DNA from: Candidatus Planktophila sp.
Lineage (GTDB): Bacteria; Actinomycetota; Actinomycetes; Nanopelagicales; Nanopelagicaceae
Reading direction: 5' to 3'
Assembly (NCBI GenBank): GCA_038905915.1
Contig: JBCKHJ010000002.1
Location: 18,466-82,465 of the forward strand
DNA: 64,000 nucleotides
Both the position numbers and the translations under genes were made by a program. This document shows, in pieces, positions 36,745-47,912 of this stretch (position 1 is its first letter; each line of letters begins with the position of its first letter). The notes beneath the pieces were generated by a model. That model ran no database searches, was not told the origin of the DNA, and worked only from the letters and a program-made list of their open reading frames with translations.

Positions 36745-38212
36745 TGAAACTTTTGGTCGCAATGAAGAGGTATTTGAAGCCCTGCTTCGCGAAAGTGCGA
36801 GAGTTGCAGCAGATTTTGATTCTCAAGAATCTGATTATGAAGTTTCATCCCAACCCGATTTAGCCGATCGCCATGCGCTTCGACGCGTAAAAGGATTTTC
36901 TACAGAACTACAAGATATTTCATCTGCCGAGTACCGTCAATTACAACTCGAACGAGTTATATTAGTTGGAGTTTGGGCCGATGGAAGCGCAGAGATGGCT
37001 GAGAATTCTTTGGCCGAATTAAGAGCACTCGCCGTAACGGCTGGGTCAGAAGTTCTAGCAGGTTTAATTCAACGTCGTGATAAACCAGATCCTGCAACAT
37101 ATATTGGTTCTGGAAAAGTTATTGAATTGCGTCAAATTGTTGCATCCACCGGCGCCGACACAGTTATTTGTGATGGTGAACTTTCGCCTTCACAACTTCG
37201 ACAATTAGAAGAGAAAGTTAAAGTAAAAGTTGTCGATCGCACTGCTTTGATTTTGGATATCTTCGCACAACATGCAAAGAGTAAAGAAGGTAAAGCCCAA
37301 GTTGAACTTGCTCAGATTTCATATCTCTTACCACGTCTTCGTGGTTGGGGTGAATCACTTTCGCGCCAAGTTGGTGGTCGAGCCGCAGGAGGTGCGGGTA
37401 TTGGTGGTCGCGGTCCAGGTGAGACCAAAATTGAAACCGATCGTCGTCGCATTCGTGACAAGATGACAAAATTGCGCCGCGAAATCGCCGATATGAAAAT
37501 TTCTCGTGATACTAAACGACAAGAGCGCAGACGGAATAACATTCCATCAGTTGCAATTGCTGGTTATACCAATGCAGGAAAATCTTCGCTATTAAATAAA
37601 CTGACTAATGCCGGCGTTCTTGTTGAGAATGCCCTCTTTGTAACCTTGGATCCAACTGTGCGCAAGTCAATTACAAGTGATGGGCGTATTTATACGCTAA
37701 CTGACACGGTTGGTTTCGTTCGTCACTTACCCCATCAACTCATCGATGCTTTCAAATCAACCCTTGAAGAAGTATCGGGTGCTGATTTGATCGTTCATGT
37801 TGTAGATGGTTCGCATGCGGATCCGTTCGAACAAATTCGTGCAGTGCGCCAAGTGATTGAAGAAATTGGTGGCATTGAAATTCCTGAAATAATTGCAATC
37901 AACAAAGTTGATATCGCAGACCCAGAAGTTGTTATGGCAATTCTTCGGGACGAGCCAAATAGTTATGCCTTTTCGGTACGCACAGGTTTTGGCGTTGATG
38001 GCCTGCTTCATGCAATTGAAAATTCGTTACCTCGACTAAAAATTGAAATTAAAACGATCGTGCCTTATGAGCGCGGAGATATAGTGAGTTCAATTCACGA
38101 ACGCGGTGAAATTATTAGTGAACAATATCTACCCGAGGGCACCGCAATTCACGCTCGGGTAGATGGGGCTTTGGCCAAACAAATCTCGCAATTACGCACT
38201 GTGACGGAATAA
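36737..38212 (+). CDS. hflX: GTPase HflX (start uncertain, TTG 36737 or ATG 36716)
   Basis: LILDIFAQHA, GPGETKIETDRR, GYTNAGKSS, DTVGF. Confidence 0.97.
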   Translation: MVDETFGRNEEVFEALLRESARVAADFDSQESDYEVSSQPDLADRHALRRVKGFSTELQDISSAEYRQLQLERVILVGVWADGSAEMAENSLAELRALAVTAGSEVLAGLIQRRDKPDPATYIGSGKVIELRQIVASTGADTVICDGELSPSQLRQLEEKVKVKVVDRTALILDIFAQHAKSKEGKAQVELAQISYLLPRLRGWGESLSRQVGGRAAGGAGIGGRGPGETKIETDRRRIRDKMTKLRREIADMKISRDTKRQERRRNNIPSVAIAGYTNAGKSSLLNKLTNAGVLVENALFVTLDPTVRKSITSDGRIYTLTDTVGFVRHLPHQLIDAFKSTLEEVSGADLIVHVVDGSHADPFEQIRAVRQVIEEIGGIEIPEIIAINKVDIADPEVVMAILRDEPNSYAFSVRTGFGVDGLLHAIENSLPRLKIEIKTIVPYERGDIVSSIHERGEIISEQYLPEGTAIHARVDGALAKQISQLRTVTE

Positions 38213-38228
38213 TTCCGACACGCCGAGC

Positions 38229-38247
38229 GTTGGATTAACTATCCAAC
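38229..38247. promoter_or_regulatory. Inverted repeat GTTGGAT-N5-ATCCAAC after hflX (operator or weak terminator)
   Basis: Perfect 7-bp arms, no T tract, lying just upstream of a candidate -10 (CACTAT 38260). Confidence 0.4.
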
Positions 38248-38319
38248 CTTCAAATGCGCCACTATGCGCCCGTTGGCAAAAGTGGCATTTATTTGAGCAG
38301 ACGGAAGTAGGCGAGAGTA

Positions 38320-38616
38320 GTGGCAACGGATTACGACACCCCCAGAAAAACCGATGAGGAACTACATGAAGAGTCGTTACAAGAATTAAAAGCCAAGCGC
38401 GTTGATGCTCAATCCGGTCAGATCGATGTTGATGAAGCAGAAGCTGCTGAAACACTAGAACTTCCAGGTGCAGATTTATCTGGTGAAGAATTAGCTGTGC
38501 GAGTTGTTCCAGAACAGGTTGATGAATTTACTTGTTCGCGTTGCTTCTTAGTCCATCACATTACTCAATTAGCAAAAGGTGAAGGCGCTAAAGCTGTTTG
38601 CAAAGAATGTGCTTAA
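38320..38616 (+). CDS. DUF4193 family protein
   Basis: MATDYDTPR, ELPGADLSGEEL, EFTCSRCFLVHH...CKEC. Confidence 0.9.
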   Translation: MATDYDTPRKTDEELHEESLQELKAKRVDAQSGQIDVDEAEAAETLELPGADLSGEELAVRVVPEQVDEFTCSRCFLVHHITQLAKGEGAKAVCKECA

Positions 38617-39047
38617 TTTTCTGTTAGAGCCTTCGCTAACTTTGCGCAATTTTTGCTGGTAATTAACCAATAAGGCGTACTATCTCTGGAATCATGCAGC
38701 ATAACTTTCACTCCAGTTGGCGTCCAAAAACGAATTGCAAGAAAAGCTGCTGGATCCCCATTGCGGCCACGCGCTAAACCCATCTCCTTGGCAGTAAGAA
38801 TTTGGGCATCACTTAAGTACTTCAATTCAATATGAGCCCGACCTATTCGTAATTGGCCTGCATTAATTTCAATAATCATTCTTGTTTTTTGGCGAATAAT
38901 AATCAGAGACAGGCTTAAAAAAATAAATGAAATAAGAGCAGGGAAATTTCCAAGCCCTGCCCAAATTGCAATCACCAAAGAAAGGAAAAGAAAGTAGACG
39001 AAGGCCAATAACCACAGTGGCGCACTTATCACTTCGCGGTATCGCAC
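38613..39047 (-). CDS. DUF3093 family membrane protein
   Basis: YREVISAPLW, two TM segments, DSTPYWLITS; next to dut. Confidence 0.85.
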   Translation of the reverse strand: MRYREVISAPLWLLAFVYFLFLSLVIAIWAGLGNFPALISFIFLSLSLIIIRQKTRMIIEINAGQLRIGRAHIELKYLSDAQILTAKEMGLARGRNGDPAAFLAIRFWTPTGVKVMLHDSRDSTPYWLITSKNCAKLAKALTEN

Positions 39048-39088
39048 GGGAGTTAGGCTATCGGATACTCATCAAGTATCCTTGCCAA

Positions 39089-39673
39089 GTGAGTCGCATC
39101 GCTAGTAGTACGCCACCGCAAGGTGCTCTGATTCCAGAGCGCCATATTAAAGCTCCACCAATTGGTACAAAAATCCCATCACATTTTGGGCATTGCTTTG
39201 GTTGCGGGCAATTACATCCAACAGGTCTGCAGTTAGTTGCATTTGCAGGCGATGGCGCAAACCTAACCGCGCAATTTACCGTTACAGAAAATCATCAGGG
39301 CGCACCGGGTTTAGCCCACGGCGGCTTGCTTTCATTAGCCTTTGATGAAGCCCTTGGAAAATTAATGTGGCTTATTCGCTCGCCCGCGGTAACTGCGCGA
39401 CTGGAAACAGATTTTCTTAAGCCCGTACCTATTGGTAGTACTTTGCACATTAGTGCGCAAATTACGGGGCAAGTCAATCGCAAAGTTTATACAGCTGCAG
39501 AAGGCAGGCTTAATTCACCTGATGGCCCAATCGCTGTTCGCGCTGCAGCGCTCTTCGTGATTGTTCCAATGTCACATTTCTTAGAGAATGCCCATCAAGA
39601 ATATTTAGAAAAAATTAAGAAAATGCCCGAAATTTTAGCTTTTGTCGATCCTGAATTTGAAATTAATCCATGA
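39089..39673 (+). CDS. PaaI-family hotdog thioesterase
   Basis: CFGCG, HQGAPGLAHGG, DEALG; start GTG 39089 after TATCCT. Confidence 0.88.
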   Translation: MSRIASSTPPQGALIPERHIKAPPIGTKIPSHFGHCFGCGQLHPTGLQLVAFAGDGANLTAQFTVTENHQGAPGLAHGGLLSLAFDEALGKLMWLIRSPAVTARLETDFLKPVPIGSTLHISAQITGQVNRKVYTAAEGRLNSPDGPIAVRAAALFVIVPMSHFLENAHQEYLEKIKKMPEILAFVDPEFEINP

Positions 39674-40113
39674 GCCCAGTGAAAGTTTTAATTACACGCC
39701 TTGACCCTAGCGTTCCACTTCCGCGATATGCAAAAGGGGGAGATGCCGGCGCCGATATTGTTACTCGAATAGATTTAACGCTAGCGCCAGGTGAGCGTGC
39801 GCTTGCACCAACTGGAATTGCTATTGCACTACCCAATGGCTATGCCGCATTTGTTCATCCACGTTCAGGTCTTGCGATTAAGCATGGAGTAACCATGGTT
39901 AACGCCCCTGGCACTGTTGACGCAGGCTTTCGCGGCGAACTTCAAGTCATTTTAATTAATCACGACCCTAAAGATTCCATTACATTTAAGAGCGGTGATC
40001 GAATTGCTCAACTCGTTGTCCAAAAAGTCGAACGCGCAGAATTTATTGAGGTAAGCGAACTACCTGGTTCCAATAGAGGCGATGGCGGCTTTGGTTCAAC
40101 GGGATATACATAA
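39670..40113 (+). CDS. dut: dUTP diphosphatase
   Basis: DAGADI, PRSGLA, GTVDAGFRGE, RGDGGFGSTG. Confidence 0.98.
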   Translation: MSPVKVLITRLDPSVPLPRYAKGGDAGADIVTRIDLTLAPGERALAPTGIAIALPNGYAAFVHPRSGLAIKHGVTMVNAPGTVDAGFRGELQVILINHDPKDSITFKSGDRIAQLVVQKVERAEFIEVSELPGSNRGDGGFGSTGYT

Positions 40114-40730
40114 TGCAAGAGCATGAGAAAGATAAAGTTGTTGCCGCCCTTGGTGGCAGGAACGGCATAATTGATTCAGTCCTGCCCTCCCTTATATTTC
40201 TCTTATATTTTAATATTTCACGTTCGCTAAGCGCGGCATCCATTTCAGCAATAGTTTGCGCCCTGGTTTTAGCAAGCATTCGCTTAATTAGAAAAGATAC
40301 TCTCAAACATGCATTAATTGGATTAGTCGGAGTTATTTTCTGCGCATTTTTTGCTTGGAAGACTGGAAGTGCTAAAAATTATTTCGCCCCTAGCCTTTGG
40401 AAAAATACCGGTTTTGCACTTTTCTATGTAGCAGGAAATTTAATGAAGTGGCCAATCATCGGCGTGATTCTAGGACCGATCTTAGGCGAGAACCTTGCAT
40501 GGCGAAAAGATCCGGAACGCTTGCGCGTATATACCCTCGCAGGCTGGGTTTGGGTTGCTCTCTTTGTAATTAGGCTTGCAGTCCAATTGCCTTTGTATCA
40601 TCTTGGTTATTTAAATGCTCTTGGAATTGCAAATATTTTTCTAGGCCTGCCGCTTTATTTTCTTACACTTTGGGCTACATGGGCACTGATTAGTTCGGTT
40701 CCAACAACTAAACCTGCTCAAACTAATTAG
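40113..40730 (+). CDS. DUF3159 family membrane protein
   Basis: ALGGRNGIIDS, WPIIGVILG, RLAVQLPLY; dut-DUF3159-trkA synteny. Confidence 0.85.
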   Translation: MQEHEKDKVVAALGGRNGIIDSVLPSLIFLLYFNISRSLSAASISAIVCALVLASIRLIRKDTLKHALIGLVGVIFCAFFAWKTGSAKNYFAPSLWKNTGFALFYVAGNLMKWPIIGVILGPILGENLAWRKDPERLRVYTLAGWVWVALFVIRLAVQLPLYHLGYLNALGIANIFLGLPLYFLTLWATWALISSVPTTKPAQTN

Positions 40731-41382
40731 TTATAAAACAAGCTTTAATTTGGGCCTCTGCCGCCGTTGATGCAACAAAGAGAAGTTCATCGCCTGCAAC
40801 GAAAATATCATGTGCTTTTGCTGTAATCACGCGACCATCGCGGACTATCACAGCCAAGGTTGCGTCTTCTGGAAGAACTATCTCGTCAACTGTTTTCCCA
40901 ATGCATGTAGATGTATCAGGCAGAGTAATTTCGACTAAGTTTGCTTGTCCTTTTTTAAATGAGAATAAACGAACTACATCGCCAACACTGACTGCTTCTT
41001 CTACGAGTGCTGAAATAATTCGTGGCGTTGATACAGCCACATCGACGCCCCAAGCAGAATCAAAGAGCCATTCATTCTTCGGGTGATTAACTCTGGCAAC
41101 AACGCGTGGGACTCCGTATTCGGTTTTGCCAAGAAGGGAAGTTACTAAGTTAACTTTGTCATCACCGGTTGCTGCAACTAAAACTTGGCAAGTTTGTAGA
41201 TTGGCATTATCTAGAGCTGCTATTTCGCAGGCATCGGCCATTAGCCAGTCGGCTTCAGGAACGCTCTCCATTTTAAGTGCCTTTGGATCTTTATCAATTA
41301 GCAAAACTTGATGACCGTTTGCCAGAAGTTCGCGCGCTATGGCTCGCCCAACATTGCCAGCACCTGCGATTGCAATTCTCAT
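40723..41382 (-). CDS. trkA: TrkA-family potassium uptake protein (CeoC-like)
   Basis: IAGAGNVG, ATGDDKVN; RCK_N and RCK_C domains. Confidence 0.9.
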   Translation of the reverse strand: MRIAIAGAGNVGRAIARELLANGHQVLLIDKDPKALKMESVPEADWLMADACEIAALDNANLQTCQVLVAATGDDKVNLVTSLLGKTEYGVPRVVARVNHPKNEWLFDSAWGVDVAVSTPRIISALVEEAVSVGDVVRLFSFKKGQANLVEITLPDTSTCIGKTVDEIVLPEDATLAVIVRDGRVITAKAHDIFVAGDELLFVASTAAEAQIKACFITN

Positions 41383-42044
41383 AGTTCGCTCCTAGGTGAT
41401 TCGGCAAGCATTGCTTCGGTATTGGCGACTTCTGAATTAGTCACCATTAAATGAATTAAATCGCCTTCTTGTAAAACGGTGTGTTCATTGGGGATTAATC
41501 CTTTGCCAAGGCGAGTAATGAAAGCAACACGCGCTGATGTGTATTGGTCAATTTTTGAAATCGGCACACCAAACCAGTCTCTGTGTGGATGCATTTCGCA
41601 CAATTGAACAGAGCCATTTGCATCTTGCCATTCAGAACGTGAACCTTCTGGAATTAATCGCCGCATAATCTGATCACTTGTCCAAGTCACAGTTGCGACC
41701 GTTGGAATTCCAAGGCGCTGATAAATTTCGGCTCGACCTGGGTCATAAATTCGCGCAACAACATTTGGCACGCCATAAGTCTCACGCACAACGCGAGCGG
41801 CTAAAATATTTGAATTATCACCATTGCTAACCGCAGCGAAAGCAGATGCGCCTTCAATACCTGCTTCAAGGAGCGTATCTTTATCGAATCCCATTCCGGT
41901 AACTGCACTGCCGATGAAATTAGGTCCAAGTCGGCGGAAAGCTTCGCGGTTTTGATCAATGATTGCCACGGTATGACCAACGGCTTCGAGTTCGATGGCA
42001 AGTGATGAACCGACTCGACCGCAACCCATAATGACTACGTGCAC
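41379..42044 (-). CDS. trkA: TrkA-family potassium uptake protein (CeoB-like)
   Basis: MGCGRVG, GDNSNI, VARIYDP. Confidence 0.9.
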   Translation of the reverse strand: MHVVIMGCGRVGSSLAIELEAVGHTVAIIDQNREAFRRLGPNFIGSAVTGMGFDKDTLLEAGIEGASAFAAVSNGDNSNILAARVVRETYGVPNVVARIYDPGRAEIYQRLGIPTVATVTWTSDQIMRRLIPEGSRSEWQDANGSVQLCEMHPHRDWFGVPISKIDQYTSARVAFITRLGKGLIPNEHTVLQEGDLIHLMVTNSEVANTEAMLAESPRSEL

Positions 42045-42076
42045 ATGTATTAACTTACACCCATAGGCTTATATAC

Positions 42077-43291
42077 ATGGCACCAACGAAAGATTCTCGC
42101 GTGCAGGTTGGCCAGAAAATTAAGGTGACCATAGAAAAAGTTGCCCACGGCGGCCACTTTATAGCCCGATTCGAGGGGGCTGTCATATTTATTAGACACG
42201 CGATACCCGGTGAAGAATCTCTCGTGGAAATAACTAGCGTCGGAAGTTCATTTAACCGCGGCGATGTTATTGAAGTCATAACTCCATCGAAAGACCGAGT
42301 TATTCCGCCTTGTAAATTTTCGCATCGAAATGGGTGCGGAGGTTGCGATTTCCAACATATTTCCATTTCCAGACAACGCGAATTAAAGCGCGATGTAGTT
42401 AGAGAAGCATTTTTGCGAATCGCGAAAATGGATATCGATGTCCAAGTCGAAGAAGTTGGCGAACCATTGCATTGGCGAACTCGTTTTACCGCTACGACAA
42501 ATGCAAAAGGTGAGCTAGGTTTCTATGGCGCACGAAGCCATAAAGTTATTCCAGTCGATGATTGCTTAATTTGCGTTTCCAGTCTTAAATTCTCTGAACT
42601 AGCAGCTCGCAAATGGAAAGCTGATTTGCGTATTGAAGTCGCAACCTCTTCTAATGGCTCACGAAATATTGCAACAGCGCAAATTAGCCCAGTTACAAGC
42701 ACCCGTATGCAGGAAGGAGAACCCATACTATTTGAAGAAATAAATGGAAAAACTTTGCAAGTAAACCAGCAATCTTTTTATCAGAGTCATTTGCGTGCTC
42801 CGCAATTACTTTCGCAAGTTGTTATGGAGTTTGCTGATATTAAAATGGGTGATCATGTGCTCGATTTGTATGGTGGCGTCGGTCTTTTTACAGCCAGCGC
42901 AATTGATGCAGTTGGAGAGGGTGGTGAAATTGTTTTGATTGAGGGCAGCAAGAGCGCTACGGCTGATGCGGTTATAAATTTTAAAGACCTGCCGAATGTT
43001 AAAGTTATAACTGGAAACGTTGAAAAATTATTGCCAAGAGTTAGTCGTGCCGATGTAATAATTCTTGACCCACCGCGCGAAGGTGCTGGAAAAGATGTAG
43101 TAGATCAAATGCGCATAATCGGAGCACGCTCAATTGTTTATGTCGCATGTGACCCAGCAGCCCTTGCTCGGGATAGCGCCTATTTAAGAAGGGCTGGGTA
43201 CGAATTGGAGAAATTACGGGCCTTTGATCTATTCCCCATGACCCACCACATCGAATGTGTTGCACTTTTTGTCAAAAGTAAGGTATCTTGA
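42077..43291 (+). CDS. TRAM-domain RNA (uracil-5)-methyltransferase, RlmD family
   Basis: [38 protein letters not shown]. Confidence 0.92.
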   Translation: MAPTKDSRVQVGQKIKVTIEKVAHGGHFIARFEGAVIFIRHAIPGEESLVEITSVGSSFNRGDVIEVITPSKDRVIPPCKFSHRNGCGGCDFQHISISRQRELKRDVVREAFLRIAKMDIDVQVEEVGEPLHWRTRFTATTNAKGELGFYGARSHKVIPVDDCLICVSSLKFSELAARKWKADLRIEVATSSNGSRNIATAQISPVTSTRMQEGEPILFEEINGKTLQVNQQSFYQSHLRAPQLLSQVVMEFADIKMGDHVLDLYGGVGLFTASAIDAVGEGGEIVLIEGSKSATADAVINFKDLPNVKVITGNVEKLLPRVSRADVIILDPPREGAGKDVVDQMRIIGARSIVYVACDPAALARDSAYLRRAGYELEKLRAFDLFPMTHHIECVALFVKSKVS

Positions 43292-43302
43292 CGTCAAGAT
43301 AC
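43283..43302. promoter_or_regulatory. Perfect 20-bp palindrome GTATCTTGACGTCAAGATAC upstream of acnA (TamR/UrtR-type MarR operator)
   Basis: Perfect palindrome ending 23 nt before the acnA ATG; fits the recalled TATCTTNANNTNAAGATA consensus. Confidence 0.75.
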
Positions 43303-43325
43303 TTTTAAAATTGCGAAAGGCCACG

Positions 43326-45983
43326 ATGAGTAAAAATTCTTTCAACGCCAAATCGAATTTGCAGGTTGGCGAAAAAAACTTTGAAATCTTTAATATTAGT
43401 GGCATTGAAGGCGCATCTAGTTTACCTTTTAGTTTAAAAATATTACTTGAAAATTTATTGCGCACCGAAGACGGCGCAAATATAACGGCCGACCAGATAA
43501 GAGCTTTAGCAAATTGGGATCCAAGTGTTGAACCTGAGACCGAAATCCAATTCACTCCAGCGCGTGTGGTTATGCAAGATTTCACCGGTGTGCCGTGCAT
43601 TGTAGATTTTGCCACGATGCGTGAGGCAATTGCTGAACTTGGGGGAGACCCAGCTAAAGTAAACCCATTGGTTCCGGCCGAACTTGTCATCGATCATTCA
43701 GTAGTTGCCGATGTATTTGGCACAAAAGATTCATTTGAAACAAATACTAATATTGAATATGAACGCAATCAAGAACGCTACCGTTTTCTGCGCTGGGGAC
43801 AGAGCGCTTTTGATGACTTCAAAGTCGTGCCACCAGGAACAGGCATTGTTCATCAAGTAAATATTGAATTTTTAGCCCGCGTCGTCATGACGCGCTCAGT
43901 AAATGGAACCCTTCGCGCATATCCTGATACGGTCGTTGGTACCGATTCGCACACAACAATGGTTAATGGTTTAGGTGTTTTGGGGTGGGGCGTTGGCGGC
44001 ATAGAAGCCGAAGCCGCGCTACTTGGACAACCAGTTTCCATGTTGATTCCGCGCGTTGTTGGTTTTAAACTCAAAGGCCAATTATCTCTTGGCACAACGG
44101 CTACAGATTTAGCACTAACAATTACTGAAATTTTGCGCAAACACGGCGTTGTTGGAAAATTTGTTGAGTTCTATGGCCCAGGTGTTCTATCGATTCCGAT
44201 GGCTAATCGGGCAACTATTGGAAATATGTCACCCGAATATGGATCTACTTGCGCAATTTTTCCAATTGATGAAGAAACACTTCGTTATCTGCGTCTAACT
44301 GGTAGAAGTGATGACCAAGTAGAACTCGTTGAAAAGTATGCGAAAGTTCAAGGCTTGTGGCACGACCCACTTATCTCGCCGCGCTTTTCGGAAACTCTTG
44401 AATTAGATTTATCTACAGTGGTGCCCTCCATTGCTGGACCAAAACGTCCGCAAGATCGTATCTCACTGAGTAATTCGAAAGATGCATTCGAAAAGATATT
44501 GCCAACTTATTTTTCAGAAAAAACTAATAAGAATGCAATCGATATCCATATAAATGCCAAGGCAACAACGATTAAAAATGGCGATGTTGTTATCGCATCT
44601 ATTACTTCTTGTACAAATACTTCAAACCCATCAGTAATGATTGGCGCAGCTCTGCTTGCAAAAAAGGCGGTAGAAAAGGGTTTGAAATCCAAGCCATGGG
44701 TAAAGACAACTTTAGCGCCGGGCTCTAAAGTCGTTACTGATTATTATAATCGGGCAGATCTAACGCAATACATGGACAAACTTGGCTTTAATCTAGTTGG
44801 TTATGGCTGCACGACTTGTATTGGCAATTCGGGCCCTTTGCCAGTTGAAATTAGCAAGGCTATTAATGAACATGACTTAGCGGTTAGCGCGGTGCTTTCT
44901 GGAAACAGAAACTTTGAAGGTCGAATTAACCCTGATGTAAAGATGAATTATTTAGCATCGCCACCACTAGTTGTTGCTTATGCAATTGCTGGAACCATGG
45001 ACCATGATTTTGAAAAAGATTCCCTAGGCAACGACACAGAAGGCAAGCCAGTATTTCTTAGAGACTTATGGCCAACTCCTCAAGAAATTCAAGAGGTGAT
45101 CGATCAATCTATTTCATCGTCGATGTTTACTAAAGATTATGCCAACGTTTTTGATGGCGACCACCGGTGGAAATCATTGGCAACTCCGACTGGAAAAACT
45201 TTCGAGTGGGATGATAAATCAACATATGTTCGAAAGCCACCATATTTTGATGGGATGCCAAAAGAGCCAACGCCAGTAACAGATATTTTTGGTGCACGAG
45301 TCCTGGCAATTCTGGGTGATTCGGTTACAACTGACCACATTTCACCTGCAGGAAACATCAAAGTTGACTCACCTGCTGGAAAGTATTTAGTTGAACACGG
45401 AATTGATAGCAGAGATTTTAATTCTTATGGATCTCGTCGTGGAAATCACGAAGTAATGATTCGTGGAACATTTGCAAATATTCGTTTAAAGAATTTATTA
45501 CTAGATGGCATTGAAGGTGGCTTTACTCGCAACTTTCTATCAGGTGGTGAACAAAGCACTATCTACGATGCATCAATGGCTTATCAAGGCGCGGGCGTGC
45601 CTTTAGTAATTCTTGCAGGCAAGGAATACGGATCTGGTTCATCACGTGACTGGGCAGCTAAAGGAACTGCCCTACTTGGGGTTCGCGTAGTCATTGCGCA
45701 AAGTTTTGAACGCATCCACCGTTCTAATTTAATTGGAATGGGTGTTCTGCCTTTGCAATTTATGGATGAGCAAAGCGCACAGACTTTGGGATTAACTGGC
45801 AGTGAAGTATTTTCCATTGCAGGAATTAGCGCAATAAATAATGGCCGAATTCCAAAAGATTTAACTGTAATGGCAGATGGTAAAACTTTCATGGCGAAAG
45901 TTCGCATCGATACGCCAGGTGAGGCCGATTATTACCGCCATGGCGGAATTATGCAGTATGTACTTCGCTCATTGCTTGGTTAG
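43326..45983 (+). CDS. acnA: Aconitate hydratase A
   Basis: [40 protein letters not shown]; ATG 43326 after SD GAAAGG. Confidence 0.98.
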   Translation: MSKNSFNAKSNLQVGEKNFEIFNISGIEGASSLPFSLKILLENLLRTEDGANITADQIRALANWDPSVEPETEIQFTPARVVMQDFTGVPCIVDFATMREAIAELGGDPAKVNPLVPAELVIDHSVVADVFGTKDSFETNTNIEYERNQERYRFLRWGQSAFDDFKVVPPGTGIVHQVNIEFLARVVMTRSVNGTLRAYPDTVVGTDSHTTMVNGLGVLGWGVGGIEAEAALLGQPVSMLIPRVVGFKLKGQLSLGTTATDLALTITEILRKHGVVGKFVEFYGPGVLSIPMANRATIGNMSPEYGSTCAIFPIDEETLRYLRLTGRSDDQVELVEKYAKVQGLWHDPLISPRFSETLELDLSTVVPSIAGPKRPQDRISLSNSKDAFEKILPTYFSEKTNKNAIDIHINAKATTIKNGDVVIASITSCTNTSNPSVMIGAALLAKKAVEKGLKSKPWVKTTLAPGSKVVTDYYNRADLTQYMDKLGFNLVGYGCTTCIGNSGPLPVEISKAINEHDLAVSAVLSGNRNFEGRINPDVKMNYLASPPLVVAYAIAGTMDHDFEKDSLGNDTEGKPVFLRDLWPTPQEIQEVIDQSISSSMFTKDYANVFDGDHRWKSLATPTGKTFEWDDKSTYVRKPPYFDGMPKEPTPVTDIFGARVLAILGDSVTTDHISPAGNIKVDSPAGKYLVEHGIDSRDFNSYGSRRGNHEVMIRGTFANIRLKNLLLDGIEGGFTRNFLSGGEQSTIYDASMAYQGAGVPLVILAGKEYGSGSSRDWAAKGTALLGVRVVIAQSFERIHRSNLIGMGVLPLQFMDEQSAQTLGLTGSEVFSIAGISAINNGRIPKDLTVMADGKTFMAKVRIDTPGEADYYRHGGIMQYVLRSLLG

Positions 45984-45992
45984 AATGAAGCC

Positions 45993-47912
45993 ATGATCGA
46001 AAAGATTCATTCGCCAGCTGATTTAGCTGGATTGGATTACAGCGCGCTGGATCTTTTATCTGCCGAAATTCGCGAGTTTTTAATTGAAAAAGTTACAAAG
46101 ACCGGCGGACACTTGGGTCCAAATCTTGGCGTAGTTGAATTAACAATTGCGATACATAGGGTTTTTGATTCACCTCGTGATGTAATCCTTTTTGATACCG
46201 GACATCAAAGTTATGTCCATAAAATTTTGACTGGTCGTGCAAGTGGTTTTGATTTGTTGCGCCAACGCGGTGGTTTGGCTGGTTATCCAAATCGCGCCGA
46301 AAGTGAACACGATGTAATTGAAAATTCGCACGCCTCCACCGCGCTTTCATGGGGCGATGGCATATCTCGTGGTTTTGCAATTAAGGGAGAAAGCGATCGC
46401 CATGTAGTCGTAGTCGTTGGCGATGGCGCGCTAACTGGTGGTATGAGTTGGGAGGCCCTAAATAACATTGCAGCAGAAAAAAAACGTAATTTAGTTATTG
46501 TGGTCAACGATAACGAGCGTTCATATTCACCAACTATTGGCGGTCTAGCAACTTATCTTTCAACGCTTCGTGTTACCAGCGGATATGAAAAATTCCTAGA
46601 TTGGGGTAAAGAAGTACTTTCTAAAACTCCTGTTGTCGGTGGACCAATCTATGGAACTTTGCACGGAATGAAAAAGGGAATTAAAGACATTATCGCTCCA
46701 CAAGGTATGTTTGAGGATTTAGGTTTGAAATATATGGGCCCAATTGATGGTCACGACATTGCTGCCATGGAAAGAGCGTTAGAGAGAGCAAAACAATATG
46801 GCGCACCAATATTAGTTCATGCCATTACTGAAAAAGGCCGTGGTTATCAGCCAGCAATTGCCGATGAGGCCGATAAATTCCATGCTGTTGGAATACTCGA
46901 TCCCGAAACGGGTGAATCTTTAAGTAAAGGTGTTACGACTTGGACCAAAATTTTTGCTGAAGAGCTAGTTGAAATTGGGCGAGTGCGCAAAGATGTCGTA
47001 GCGATAACTGCAGCAATGCTTGGTCCTACGGGTTTGGATTTATTCAAAACCCAATTTCCTGAGCGCACTATTGATGTAGGCATCGCTGAACAACATGGCG
47101 CAACAAGTGCTGCTGGCTTGGCATTTGCAGGCCTGCACCCAGTCATGGCCGTTTATTCAACTTTTCTTAATCGTGCTTTCGATCAATTGCTTTTAGATGT
47201 GGCCTTGCACAAAGCTGGCGTAACTTTTGTTTTAGATCGTTCTGGAATAACTGGAGATGATGGACCATCGCATAATGGGGTGTGGGATTTAGCGTTAACT
47301 GGGATTGTTCCGACCTTGCGTGTTGCTGCTCCGCGCGATGGCGCGCGATTGAAAGAAACACTTCGCGAAGCCCTTGAAATCAGCGATGCACCAACTTTAA
47401 TTCGCTTTCCCAAAGGCGCCGTCGTTGCAGATATTCCGGCATTCGAGCGCCGAGATGGAATTGATATTTTATATCGCGGAGAAAGTACTGATGTATTACT
47501 TGTAAGCATTGGTGCTCTTGCAAATCTTGCAGTGGAGGCGGCATCGCAGGCATATCGCGAAGGTGTTGGCGTAACTGTGATTGATCCACGCTGGGTTAAA
47601 CCTTTGCCCGAATACTTGATAACGATGGCACGCCGTTATAAGAGTGTCGTTGTTATCGAAGATGGAATTCGCCATGGCGGAATTGCCAGCACCATTTCAG
47701 AAATGTTTAGGGATGCATTACTTGAAGTACCAATTCATTCAATCGGTGTACCACTTGAATTCATCGAACATTCGAAGCGCGCAGAAATATTAAGCGATCT
47801 TGGAATTACCGCTCAGCATATTCTGCGATCAATTGTTCAATGGAGCAGTTTGCTTAAAGAAGAGATGCAATTCCTGGAGCATGAAAACGTTGACCGCAAA
47901 CAGAATCGCTAA
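45993..47912 (+). CDS. dxs: 1-deoxy-D-xylulose-5-phosphate synthase
   Basis: GGHLGPNLGVVEL, GDGALTGG, DVGIAEQH, DGPSH. Confidence 0.98.
   Translation: MIEKIHSPADLAGLDYSALDLLSAEIREFLIEKVTKTGGHLGPNLGVVELTIAIHRVFDSPRDVILFDTGHQSYVHKILTGRASGFDLLRQRGGLAGYPNRAESEHDVIENSHASTALSWGDGISRGFAIKGESDRHVVVVVGDGALTGGMSWEALNNIAAEKKRNLVIVVNDNERSYSPTIGGLATYLSTLRVTSGYEKFLDWGKEVLSKTPVVGGPIYGTLHGMKKGIKDIIAPQGMFEDLGLKYMGPIDGHDIAAMERALERAKQYGAPILVHAITEKGRGYQPAIADEADKFHAVGILDPETGESLSKGVTTWTKIFAEELVEIGRVRKDVVAITAAMLGPTGLDLFKTQFPERTIDVGIAEQHGATSAAGLAFAGLHPVMAVYSTFLNRAFDQLLLDVALHKAGVTFVLDRSGITGDDGPSHNGVWDLALTGIVPTLRVAAPRDGARLKETLREALEISDAPTLIRFPKGAVVADIPAFERRDGIDILYRGESTDVLLVSIGALANLAVEAASQAYREGVGVTVIDPRWVKPLPEYLITMARRYKSVVVIEDGIRHGGIASTISEMFRDALLEVPIHSIGVPLEFIEHSKRAEILSDLGITAQHILRSIVQWSSLLKEEMQFLEHENVDRKQNR

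Noticed and set aside
38966-39088. Long N-terminal extensions on the thioesterase (also acnA 43257, kinase 30212, SRPBCC 58721)
   Set aside because: They overlap neighbouring genes or promoters; better-supported downstream starts exist.
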